Both the position numbers and the translations under genes were made by a program. From assembly GCA_041486305.1 (NCBI GenBank), contig JBGPLG010000001.1:84429-148428 (forward strand): a DNA stretch of 64,000 nucleotides. The letters run 5' to 3'. The notes beneath the pieces were generated by a model. That model saw only the letters and a program-made list of their open reading frames with translations, was not told the origin of the DNA and did no database searches. This DNA is from Gemmatimonadota bacterium (GTDB lineage: Bacteria > Gemmatimonadota > Gemmatimonadetes > Gemmatimonadales > GWC2-71-9). Positions 19,901 to 27,696 of this stretch are shown piece by piece (within the stretch, counting starts at the first letter, position 1; each line of letters begins with the position of its first letter).

Positions 19901-19957
19901 GTACCGTGGGGACGGTGAGGACAGACGGACGGTTGAACGAACCACAGCGGAGGCCCT

Positions 19958-21262
19958 ATGACGACCGACATCGATCTCGCGAACGCCGTGAAATCCGGCT
20001 GGAAGGATTTCATCATCCCCGCCGCTCCGCCCTATTACAAGGATCCGCTGGTCATGGTCGAGGGCAGCGGCTCGACGGTGACCGACGCGGAGGGCCGGGA
20101 ATACCTCGACTTCTTCTGCGGCATCCTCACCACGGGAATCGGGCATTGTCACCCCGAGGTGGTGGAGCGGGTGCGGGAGCAGGTGGGGCGGCTGGGGCAC
20201 ACCTCGACGCTGTATCTCACCGAGCCGCAGGTGAACGCGGCGCGGCGGCTGGCCGGGATCGCGCCGGGCGCGCTCCGCAAGAGCTTCTTCACCAACAGCG
20301 GCACCGAGGCGGTGGAGACCGCAATCATGCTGGCGCGGATGTACACCGGGCGGGACGAGGTCGTCTGCCTCCGCTACGGTTACTCGGGCCGCTCGGTGCT
20401 CGCCACCAACATGACGGCGGTCAGCGGGTGGAACCCGCTGGGCGCGTCGGTGCCCTGGGTGAAGCACGCGCTGTCTCCCTACTGCTACCGCTGCGCCTTC
20501 GGGCCTCCCCACGACCGGTGCGCCGAGCGCTACGCCCAGGACGTGGAGGAGGCGATTCTCACCACCACCAGCGGCAAGCCGGCGGCGTTCTTCGCGGAGA
20601 CCATCCAGGGGGTCGGCGGGTACATTGTGCCGCCGCCGGGCTATTTCAAACTGGTGGCCGCGATCATCCGGAAACACGGCGGACTGTTCATCTCCGACGA
20701 GGTCCAGGCCGGCTTCGGCCGGACCGGCGACAAGTGGTTCGGCATCGAGCACTGGGGTGTCGAGCCGGACATCATGGTGATGGCCAAGGCGGTGGCCAGC
20801 GGATTCCCGGTCGGCGCGACCATCACCACCGACGAGATCGCCTCGGCCTGGAAGGGCAAGACCATTTCGACCTTCGGCGGCAATCCCATCTCCATGGCGG
20901 CCATGGACGCCACCCTCGAGGTAATGGAGCGCGAGCGGGTGCCGGCCCGGAGCGCCGAGCGGGGACGTCAGCTCCGGGCCGGGCTCGACCGGCTGTTCGC
21001 CCGGCACGAGTGGATCGGCGAGGTGCGCGGGATGGGCCTGATGCAGGCCCTGGAGCTGGTGGAGAACCGGGAAACCAAGGAGCCCAGCCCCCGGAAGGCA
21101 GCGGCGCTGCTCCAGGCGGCCAAACAAGAGGGGCTGCTCATCGGGACCGGAGGGATGTACGGCCACGTGATCCGCATGGCCCCCCAGATGCTGATGAGCG
21201 AGGCGGAAATCGCCGACGGCCTCGAGCGGCTGGCCCGGGCCTGCGGGGCGATCGGCGCGTGA
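19958..21262 (+). CDS. class-III PLP aminotransferase (AGXT2 / beta-alanine- or 3-aminoisobutyrate-pyruvate type)
   Basis: Has GILTTGIGHCHPEVV, SDEVQAGFGRTG and the Schiff-base lysine region VMAKAVASGFP. Confidence 0.88.
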   Translation: MTTDIDLANAVKSGWKDFIIPAAPPYYKDPLVMVEGSGSTVTDAEGREYLDFFCGILTTGIGHCHPEVVERVREQVGRLGHTSTLYLTEPQVNAARRLAGIAPGALRKSFFTNSGTEAVETAIMLARMYTGRDEVVCLRYGYSGRSVLATNMTAVSGWNPLGASVPWVKHALSPYCYRCAFGPPHDRCAERYAQDVEEAILTTTSGKPAAFFAETIQGVGGYIVPPPGYFKLVAAIIRKHGGLFISDEVQAGFGRTGDKWFGIEHWGVEPDIMVMAKAVASGFPVGATITTDEIASAWKGKTISTFGGNPISMAAMDATLEVMERERVPARSAERGRQLRAGLDRLFARHEWIGEVRGMGLMQALELVENRETKEPSPRKAAALLQAAKQEGLLIGTGGMYGHVIRMAPQMLMSEAEIADGLERLARACGAIGA

Positions 21263-21768
21263 CCGATCGGCTCACGATCACCGTCACCGTCAACGGGGCC
21301 CGCCACGAGCGCGCCGTCGAGTCCCGCTTGCTGCTCTCCGACTTTCTGCGCCACGACCTCGGCCTCACCGGTACCCATGTCGGGTGCGAGCACGGGGTCT
21401 GCGGCGCCTGCACCGTGCTGCTCGATGGCGAGGCGGTGCGGTCCTGCCTGGTGTTCGCGGTCCAGACCGACGGCCACGCCGTCGAAACGGTGGAGAGCTT
21501 GGCCACGGATGGTGTGCTCGATCCCCTGCAGACCGCCTTCCATGACGCGCACGGCCTGCAATGCGGTTTCTGCACCCCCGGCATCCTGATGACCCTGGTG
21601 CCGTGGCTCCGGCACCATCCCGCTCCGAATGAAGTCGACATCCGCGAGGCGATCTCCGGCAACCTCTGCCGCTGCACCGGCTATGCCAACATCGTGAAGG
21701 CGGTGGAACTCGCGGTCTCTCGGTTGGCGGACGGGCGGACCGGCGGACCGGCGGGAGCTCGATCGTGA
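21259..21768 (+). CDS. (2Fe-2S)-binding small subunit of XDH/CoxS-family molybdenum hydroxylase
   Basis: Internal GTG start in the frame of ORF 19894-21768. Cys clusters CEHGVCGACTV and CGFCTPG...CRCTGY. GTGA overlap with the aminotransferase stop. Confidence 0.88.
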   Translation: MTDRLTITVTVNGARHERAVESRLLLSDFLRHDLGLTGTHVGCEHGVCGACTVLLDGEAVRSCLVFAVQTDGHAVETVESLATDGVLDPLQTAFHDAHGLQCGFCTPGILMTLVPWLRHHPAPNEVDIREAISGNLCRCTGYANIVKAVELAVSRLADGRTGGPAGARS

Positions 21769-24116
21769 AGCCGGGCCGCTACATGGGGCAGAGTGTTCCC
21801 CGTCTCGAGGACGCCAAGCTGCTCACCGGCCGGGCCCTCTTCGTCGACGACGTCCAGCTTCCCGGCATGCTCCACGCGGCGTTTCTCCGGAGCGACGACG
21901 CCCACGGGATCCTCAGGAGCATCGATGCGAGCGCGGCGCGCGAGCGCGCCGGTGTGGTGGCGGTGTATACGGCGCAGGATCTGGGCGACTACTGGCGCCC
22001 CGGCCCCCTGCTGGTGCCGCCGCCGCCGATCACGGGCCTGGTATTCAATGCGGCCACCCAGGTGCCCCTGGCGCGGGACAAGGTGCGCCACGGCGGCGAG
22101 GCGCTCGCGATGGTGGTGGCTGAGAGCCGCTACATCGCCGAGGACGCGCTGGAGGACATCGTCGTCGAGCTCGAGCCCCTCGCCGCGGTCACCGACCTCG
22201 AGGCGGCCCTCCGGCCCGGCGCCTCACTGGTCCACGAGCAGTTCGGCACCAACCTCGCTGCGCACGTCCATCAGTCCAAGGGAGACTATGCCGGCGCGCG
22301 CGCGGCGGCCGCCCTGGTGGTAGCGCGCCGGTTCCGCTACGACCGCGGGGCCTCCGCGGCCATCGAGAACCGGGGCATCGTGGCCGAGTGGGACGCCCGG
22401 GCCGAGCAGCTGACCGTCTGGGACACCACCCAGGCCCCGATCCCGATCCGGAACGGACTCGCGGCGATGCTGGGTCTGGGCGAATCCCAGGTCCGGGTCA
22501 TCGCGCCGTTCATCGGGGGCGGATTCGGACCCAAGATCATGATGTTTTACCCCGAAGAAGTGCTGTTGCCCTGGGCCGCGATGCGGCTGGGCCGGCCGCT
22601 GAAATGGATCGAGGACCGCCGGGAGAATTTCTACGCCACCACTCAGGAGCGGCTTCAGATCCACGATGCCGAGCTGGCGGTTGCGCAGGACGGCCGCATC
22701 CTGGGCGTGAAGGACACCTTCCTGCACGACACCGGGGCCTACGATCCCTACGGCCTGACAGTCCCGATCAACAGCCAGTGCACCCTGCTCGGCCCCTACG
22801 TGGTTCCCAACTACGACAGCGAGTTCACCGCGGTCTTCACCAACACGCCGATCGTCACCCCGGTCCGCGGCGCCGGACGGCAACACGGCGTGTTCGTCAT
22901 GGAGCGGCTGCTGGATTTTGCGGCCCGGGAGCTGGGCATCGACCGAGTGGAGATCCGGCGCCGCAACCTCATCCCGCCGGACGCCTTCCCCTACGATCAC
23001 GAGATCCTGTTCCAGGACTTCCGTCCGCTGGTCTACGACAGCGGGAACTATCCCGCCGCGCTCCACAAGGCGGTGGAGATGATCGGGTACGAGGCGTTCA
23101 TCCGCAGCGAGCAGCCCCGGCTCCGGCGCGCGGGCCGCCGGGCCGGCATCGGGGTGGTGTCCTACATCGAGGGAACCGGCATCGGGCCCTACGAAGGCGC
23201 CCGGGTGACGGTGGAGCCCAGCGGCCTGGTGCGGGTCGCCACCGGGGTCGGCACCCAGGGCCAGGGGCACTTCACCACCTTCGCGCAACTGGTGGCCGAG
23301 CAGCTCGGCGTGGAAGTGGACCGGGTACGGGTGGTGACGGGAGATACCCGCGAGTTCCACTGGGGCACCGGCACCTTTGCGAGCCGGGGCGCGGTGGTCG
23401 CGGGCAATGCCTGCCACGCCGCGGCGCTCAAGGTCCGCGACAAGATCATCGCGCTGGCGGCGCGGCTGCTGGAGGCGGAGCCCGGGCAGGTCGTGGTCGA
23501 GGGCGGAAGCGCCTGCGTCCGTGGGGCTCCCGACCGGAGCTTCACGCTCGGCGAGCTGGCCCGGCGGGCCAATCCGCTGCGCGGCGCCGTGACGCCGGGC
23601 ACCGAGCCCGGGCTGGAGGCCACCGCCTACTTCGGCCCCGACCGCGGCAACGCCGCCAGCGGGGTGCATGCGATGATCGTCGAGGTGGACCCCGACACCG
23701 CCGCGGTGGAGATCAAGCGCTACGTGGTGGTGCACGACTGCGGCGTGGTGATCAACCCCGTCGTGGTCGAGGCCCAGGTGCAGGGCGGCGTGGCCCACGG
23801 GATCGGAAACGCCTTCTACGAACAGCTGATCTTCGACGACAACGGCCAGCTGATGAATGCCTCGTTCATGGACTACCTCCTGCCCACCGCGCTGGACGTG
23901 CCCACCGTGGAGATGGCCCACCTCGAGACCCCCTCGCCCCTCAACCCGCTCGGTACCAAGGGCGTCGGAGAAGCCGGTGCGATTCCCACCGGCGCGCTGT
24001 TCGCCCAGGCGGTCGAGGACGCCCTCTCCGGCACCGGGGTCGAGATCACCGAGATCCCACTCAGCCCCAACCGGCTGTTCGAGCTGATCACGCAGGCCAA
24101 GGGAGCCGCGGCATGA
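21765..24116 (+). CDS. molybdopterin-binding large subunit of XDH/aldehyde-oxidase/CoxL family
   Basis: 783 aa with a/b-hammerhead N-terminus, PVRGAGRQHG and C-terminal GTKGVGEAG motifs. GTGA overlap with the small subunit. Confidence 0.9.
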   Translation: MKPGRYMGQSVPRLEDAKLLTGRALFVDDVQLPGMLHAAFLRSDDAHGILRSIDASAARERAGVVAVYTAQDLGDYWRPGPLLVPPPPITGLVFNAATQVPLARDKVRHGGEALAMVVAESRYIAEDALEDIVVELEPLAAVTDLEAALRPGASLVHEQFGTNLAAHVHQSKGDYAGARAAAALVVARRFRYDRGASAAIENRGIVAEWDARAEQLTVWDTTQAPIPIRNGLAAMLGLGESQVRVIAPFIGGGFGPKIMMFYPEEVLLPWAAMRLGRPLKWIEDRRENFYATTQERLQIHDAELAVAQDGRILGVKDTFLHDTGAYDPYGLTVPINSQCTLLGPYVVPNYDSEFTAVFTNTPIVTPVRGAGRQHGVFVMERLLDFAARELGIDRVEIRRRNLIPPDAFPYDHEILFQDFRPLVYDSGNYPAALHKAVEMIGYEAFIRSEQPRLRRAGRRAGIGVVSYIEGTGIGPYEGARVTVEPSGLVRVATGVGTQGQGHFTTFAQLVAEQLGVEVDRVRVVTGDTREFHWGTGTFASRGAVVAGNACHAAALKVRDKIIALAARLLEAEPGQVVVEGGSACVRGAPDRSFTLGELARRANPLRGAVTPGTEPGLEATAYFGPDRGNAASGVHAMIVEVDPDTAAVEIKRYVVVHDCGVVINPVVVEAQVQGGVAHGIGNAFYEQLIFDDNGQLMNASFMDYLLPTALDVPTVEMAHLETPSPLNPLGTKGVGEAGAIPTGALFAQAVEDALSGTGVEITEIPLSPNRLFELITQAKGAAA

Positions 24117-24574
24117 TCGTCGAAGGCACCTACACCTTTCCCGGCCCGCGCGAGGTGGTCTTTCGGCTGCTGCTGGATCCCGACGTTCTCGCCAAGACGA
24201 TGCCAGGCGCCACCAGTATTGCGCGGGTGAACGAGGACCGCTACGAGGGAAAGATGGGCGTCGGCATCGGCCCGATCACGGCGGCGGAATTCGACGTTGT
24301 CATCACGATGACCGAGAAGGTGGTTCCCGAGAGCTATCAGATGCAGATCGACGGGCGCGGCCGCTTCGGCTTCACCCGGGGGAAGGCGTCAGTCCGGCTG
24401 ACCGCCGACGGCGAGTCCACCGTCATGCACTACGAGGCCGACATGATGGTGGGCGGCAAGATCGCGGCGGTGGGCCAGCGGCTGCTCGATTCGGTGAGCC
24501 GCATGATGCTGAAGCAGGGGCTCGAGGCGATGAGCGCCGAGCTGGACCGCCGGCTGGGCAAGGAACCGGCGTGA
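24113..24574 (+). CDS. CoxG-like SRPBCC protein
   Basis: 153 aa. Starts MIVEGTYTFPGPREVVFRLLLDPDVLAKTMPG, typical of the CoxG family. ATGA overlap upstream and GTGA overlap downstream. Confidence 0.8.
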   Translation: MIVEGTYTFPGPREVVFRLLLDPDVLAKTMPGATSIARVNEDRYEGKMGVGIGPITAAEFDVVITMTEKVVPESYQMQIDGRGRFGFTRGKASVRLTADGESTVMHYEADMMVGGKIAAVGQRLLDSVSRMMLKQGLEAMSAELDRRLGKEPA

Positions 24575-25461
24575 AGCCACCGGCCTTCGAGTACTTCCGT
24601 CCCGCCTCGGTCTTGGAGGCGCTCGATCTCCTGGCCGCACGGCCCGGGGCCAAGCCGTTGGCGGGCGGACAGAGCCTGATCCCCGCCATGAACTTCCGGC
24701 TCGCGGCGCCGGAGGCCCTGGTCGATCTCAACGGGATCGCCGCGCTATCCGGCATCACCCGGCTCCCGGACGGCGGCCTCCGGCTGGGCGCCATGACCCG
24801 GCACCATGCCGTCGAGACCAGCCCCCTGGTGGCGGCGCATGCGCCGCTACTCGCCGAGACGATGCCGTTCGTCGCCCATCCCCAGATCCGCAATCGCGGC
24901 ACCGTGGGCGGCAGCCTGGCCCACGCCGACCCGGCGGCCGAGCTGCCGGCGGTGATGCTGGCGCTCGAAGCCGTTCTCGTGCTCACCAGCCGGACCGGAG
25001 AGCGGCGGCTTCCGGCCGCCGGGTTCTTCACGGGGCTCTTCGCGACCGCGCTCGCGCCAGGGGAGCTGCTCACGGCCATCGAGCTTCCCGCGCGGGCGGC
25101 CGCCACCGGCTCCGCGTTCATCGAGCAGGCGCGCCGCCACGGTGACTACGCTCTGGTCGGCGTAGCGGCCACCGTCACGTTGGCCGGCTCCGGCGAGTGC
25201 GATGCCGCGCGGGTGACCCTCTTCAGCGTCGGGGAGGGGCCGGTGCTCGCGGAGCGCGTGGCGGTGGCGCTGGAAGGGCTGCGCCCCGATGCGGGCGTGG
25301 TCGAGGCCGCGGCCCACGCGGTACAGGGAGACATCGATCCGCCATCCGATATCCACGCCGGCGCCGCCTACCGCCGCCAGCTTGCGCGAGTGCTCACCGG
25401 CCGGGCGCTCGAGCGCGCCTTCCAGCGGGCCCGCGCGCACCAGTCCAACCCGGAGCAGTGA
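24571..25461 (+). CDS. FAD-binding medium subunit (CoxM/XdhB-like)
   Basis: 296 aa. Has FEYFRPASVLEALDLL and the LAGGQSLIP motif of the PCMH-type FAD domain. Confidence 0.88.
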   Translation: MKPPAFEYFRPASVLEALDLLAARPGAKPLAGGQSLIPAMNFRLAAPEALVDLNGIAALSGITRLPDGGLRLGAMTRHHAVETSPLVAAHAPLLAETMPFVAHPQIRNRGTVGGSLAHADPAAELPAVMLALEAVLVLTSRTGERRLPAAGFFTGLFATALAPGELLTAIELPARAAATGSAFIEQARRHGDYALVGVAATVTLAGSGECDAARVTLFSVGEGPVLAERVAVALEGLRPDAGVVEAAAHAVQGDIDPPSDIHAGAAYRRQLARVLTGRALERAFQRARAHQSNPEQ

Positions 25462-26264
25462 TGCGAACCTACGACCTGTCCCAGCCGCTGAACCAGGAGG
25501 TTTCCTTCTGGCCCTACTATCCGCCGTTCGAGGTGAAGTACATCAAGCGCAAGGCGGAACACGGGGTGAACGCGCAGTACATCCAGACCTCGAACCACAT
25601 GGGCACCCACCTCGATGCGCCGCGCCACTTCGTGACCAACGGCCGGACCATCGACGAGATTCCCATGGAGTGGCTCTGCGGTCCGGGCGTGGTGGTGGAC
25701 CTGCGCGACGAGATGGGCGACCTGGCGCTCTACACCCCGCAGATGATCGAGAAGCGGGTCAAGGTCAAGCCGGGCGACATGCTGATCCTGCACACCGGCT
25801 TTCACGTCCACTCGCAATTCGGCGCCGAGGCGGACGAGGAGCGCTACATCCACCTGCACCCCGGGGCGCATCCCGACATGGTGCCATGGCTGCTCAAGAA
25901 GGGGATTCACATCTGGGGCGTGGACTGCATTTCCACCGACCACCCGATGAACCTTCCCATCGGCCGGTTCCTGGGCAAGGGCATGCACGACCATTGGGCC
26001 CGGGTCCGGGCCAAGGCCGAAGAGAAGTTCGGCGGCAGGAAGGCGGTGGACAAGCTGTTCCCCGACTCGGCCTACCAGCTGACCCATAACGCGCTGTTTC
26101 CGAAGGACTGCATGCACATCGAGAACCTGGGCGGGGAGATCGACGCGCCGGAGCTCCAGAACAAGCGCATGATCCTGGGCTGCTTCCCGTGGAAGTTCCG
26201 CGGCGGCGAAGCGGCCTTCTGCCGGGCGGTGGCATGGCAGGGCGAGTGGCCGAAGAATCCATGA
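25461..26264 (+). CDS. cyclase-family metal hydrolase (kynurenine/aryl-formamidase-like)
   Basis: Internal ATG in the frame of ORF 25197-26264. HMGTHLDAPRH matches the HxGTHxDxPxH motif of the putative-cyclase family. The start overlaps the previous stop (TGATG). Confidence 0.82.
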   Translation: MRTYDLSQPLNQEVSFWPYYPPFEVKYIKRKAEHGVNAQYIQTSNHMGTHLDAPRHFVTNGRTIDEIPMEWLCGPGVVVDLRDEMGDLALYTPQMIEKRVKVKPGDMLILHTGFHVHSQFGAEADEERYIHLHPGAHPDMVPWLLKKGIHIWGVDCISTDHPMNLPIGRFLGKGMHDHWARVRAKAEEKFGGRKAVDKLFPDSAYQLTHNALFPKDCMHIENLGGEIDAPELQNKRMILGCFPWKFRGGEAAFCRAVAWQGEWPKNP

Positions 26265-26286
26265 CCACCGGGGGCCCCCGGCCCTG

Positions 26287-27696
26287 ATGCCCGATCTCAC
26301 CGCCGTCGACATAGCGGGTAGGGTCGCGAGCAGGGAACTGAGCCCCGTGGCGGTCGTCGAAGCCGCGCTCGCGCGCGTGGCCGCGCTCAATCCCCGCCTC
26401 AACGCCATCGTCACGCTCAACCCGCGCGCCCTCGACGACGCCCGCGCCCTGGAGCGGCGTATTGCGCGGGGCGAGGTCGTGGGCGCCCTGGCGGGCGTGC
26501 CGGTCGGCATCAAGGATGTGACCCAGGTGGCGGGCCTCCGCACCACCTTCGGCGCTCCGCTCTACGCCGACCACGTTCCCGAGCGCGACGCCCTGGTGGT
26601 CGAGCGGCTCCGCGCCGCCGACGCCATCATCCTCGGCAAGACCAACACCCCCGAGTTCGCCGCCGGCGGTAACACCTGGAACGACGTGTTCGGTCGGACC
26701 CGGAATCCCTGGAACCTCCAGAAGAGCGCCGGCGGCTCGACCGGGGGCGGCGCGGTCGGCCTCGCGACCGGCATGATCGCACTCGCCGAAGGCACCGACC
26801 TGGGCGGATCGCTCCGGATTCCGGCGTCGTTCTGCGGCGTCGTTGGTCTCCGGCCATCGCCCGGGCTGGTGCCGACGGTCCCCACCGATTTCGTCTGGGA
26901 CACGCTCCAGGTGAGCGGCCCCATGGCGCGCACCGCGCTCGATCTGGCGCTGATGCTCCAGGCCATCGCCGGGCCCAGCGCCCTGTCCCCGCTGCGGCAG
27001 CCGATCCGGCATCGCGATTTCGTGGCCGCGGTACGCAACGGGCCGCTCCCCGGGCTCCGGGTCGCCTACTGTGCGGACATTGCCGGGATCGGCATTGATC
27101 CCGCGGTCGAGGCCGTCTGCCGTCGCGCCGCAAACCGGCTGGCGGGGCAGGGCGCGCAGCTGGACGTGATCGACCTCGATTTGAGCGCGGGACGCGACGC
27201 GTTTCTCGCGCTCCGGGGTCACTGGTTCGCCTCCTGGATGTCGGAGCGGCTCGACCGGCTGGACCAATTCGGGGTCAACGTCCGGAACAACACCCGGGCC
27301 GGCATCGAAGCGGTGGGAAAGGACCTCGGGCAGGCGGAGATGGTGCGGGGCCGGATCTGGCACCGATTCCACGAGCTCTTCGGGCGCTACGATCACCTCC
27401 TGACGCCCACCATGGCGGTGGCGCCGTTTCCGGTCGAGCAGAACTATCCCGAGACCGTCGCCGGGAAGAAGATGCGGACATACGTCGACTGGCTCGCGCC
27501 TACCTTCGTCCTGAGTCTCACCGGGCTGCCGGTGGCCTCGGTGCCCTGCGGGCTGGATCCCGACGGCATGCCGGTGGGCCTGCAGGTGGTGGGGCCGCCG
27601 GAGGGAGAGGAGGCCGTGCTCGCGCTGGCGCAGGTGCTGCAGGACCTCCACCCGATCGGCGGTCCGGCGATGGCCGGAAGCACTATTCCGTCTTGA
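26287..27696 (+). CDS. amidase-signature family amidase
   Basis: 469 aa. Has GVPVGIKD and the Gly/Ser-rich signature GGSTGGGAVGLATG. Confidence 0.9.
   Translation: MPDLTAVDIAGRVASRELSPVAVVEAALARVAALNPRLNAIVTLNPRALDDARALERRIARGEVVGALAGVPVGIKDVTQVAGLRTTFGAPLYADHVPERDALVVERLRAADAIILGKTNTPEFAAGGNTWNDVFGRTRNPWNLQKSAGGSTGGGAVGLATGMIALAEGTDLGGSLRIPASFCGVVGLRPSPGLVPTVPTDFVWDTLQVSGPMARTALDLALMLQAIAGPSALSPLRQPIRHRDFVAAVRNGPLPGLRVAYCADIAGIGIDPAVEAVCRRAANRLAGQGAQLDVIDLDLSAGRDAFLALRGHWFASWMSERLDRLDQFGVNVRNNTRAGIEAVGKDLGQAEMVRGRIWHRFHELFGRYDHLLTPTMAVAPFPVEQNYPETVAGKKMRTYVDWLAPTFVLSLTGLPVASVPCGLDPDGMPVGLQVVGPPEGEEAVLALAQVLQDLHPIGGPAMAGSTIPS

Noticed and set aside
18392-21166. 924-aa minus-strand ORF spanning mmsA and the aminotransferase. 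Similar giants occur at 3465-5573(-), 6492-8738(+), 13739-15409(-), 22224-23921(-), 25894-27750(-), 34867-37461(+), 40108-41988(-), 45554-46936(+), 52345-54123(-), 57311-58786(-) and 61370-63403(-).
   Set aside because: Their composition is dominated by Arg/Gly/Pro/His/Asp with no recognisable motifs. Each lies antisense or out of frame to a CDS with clear family signatures. These are the classic shadow ORFs of high-GC DNA, where stop codons are rare in every frame.
21259-25461. Aerobic carbon-monoxide dehydrogenase (coxSLM).
   Set aside because: The large subunit shows PVRGAGRQ, not the AYxCSFR (form I) or AYRGAGR (form II) loops I recall. The gene order is not M-S-L and the operon context is amide/amine catabolism. 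I called it a generic XDH-family hydroxylase.
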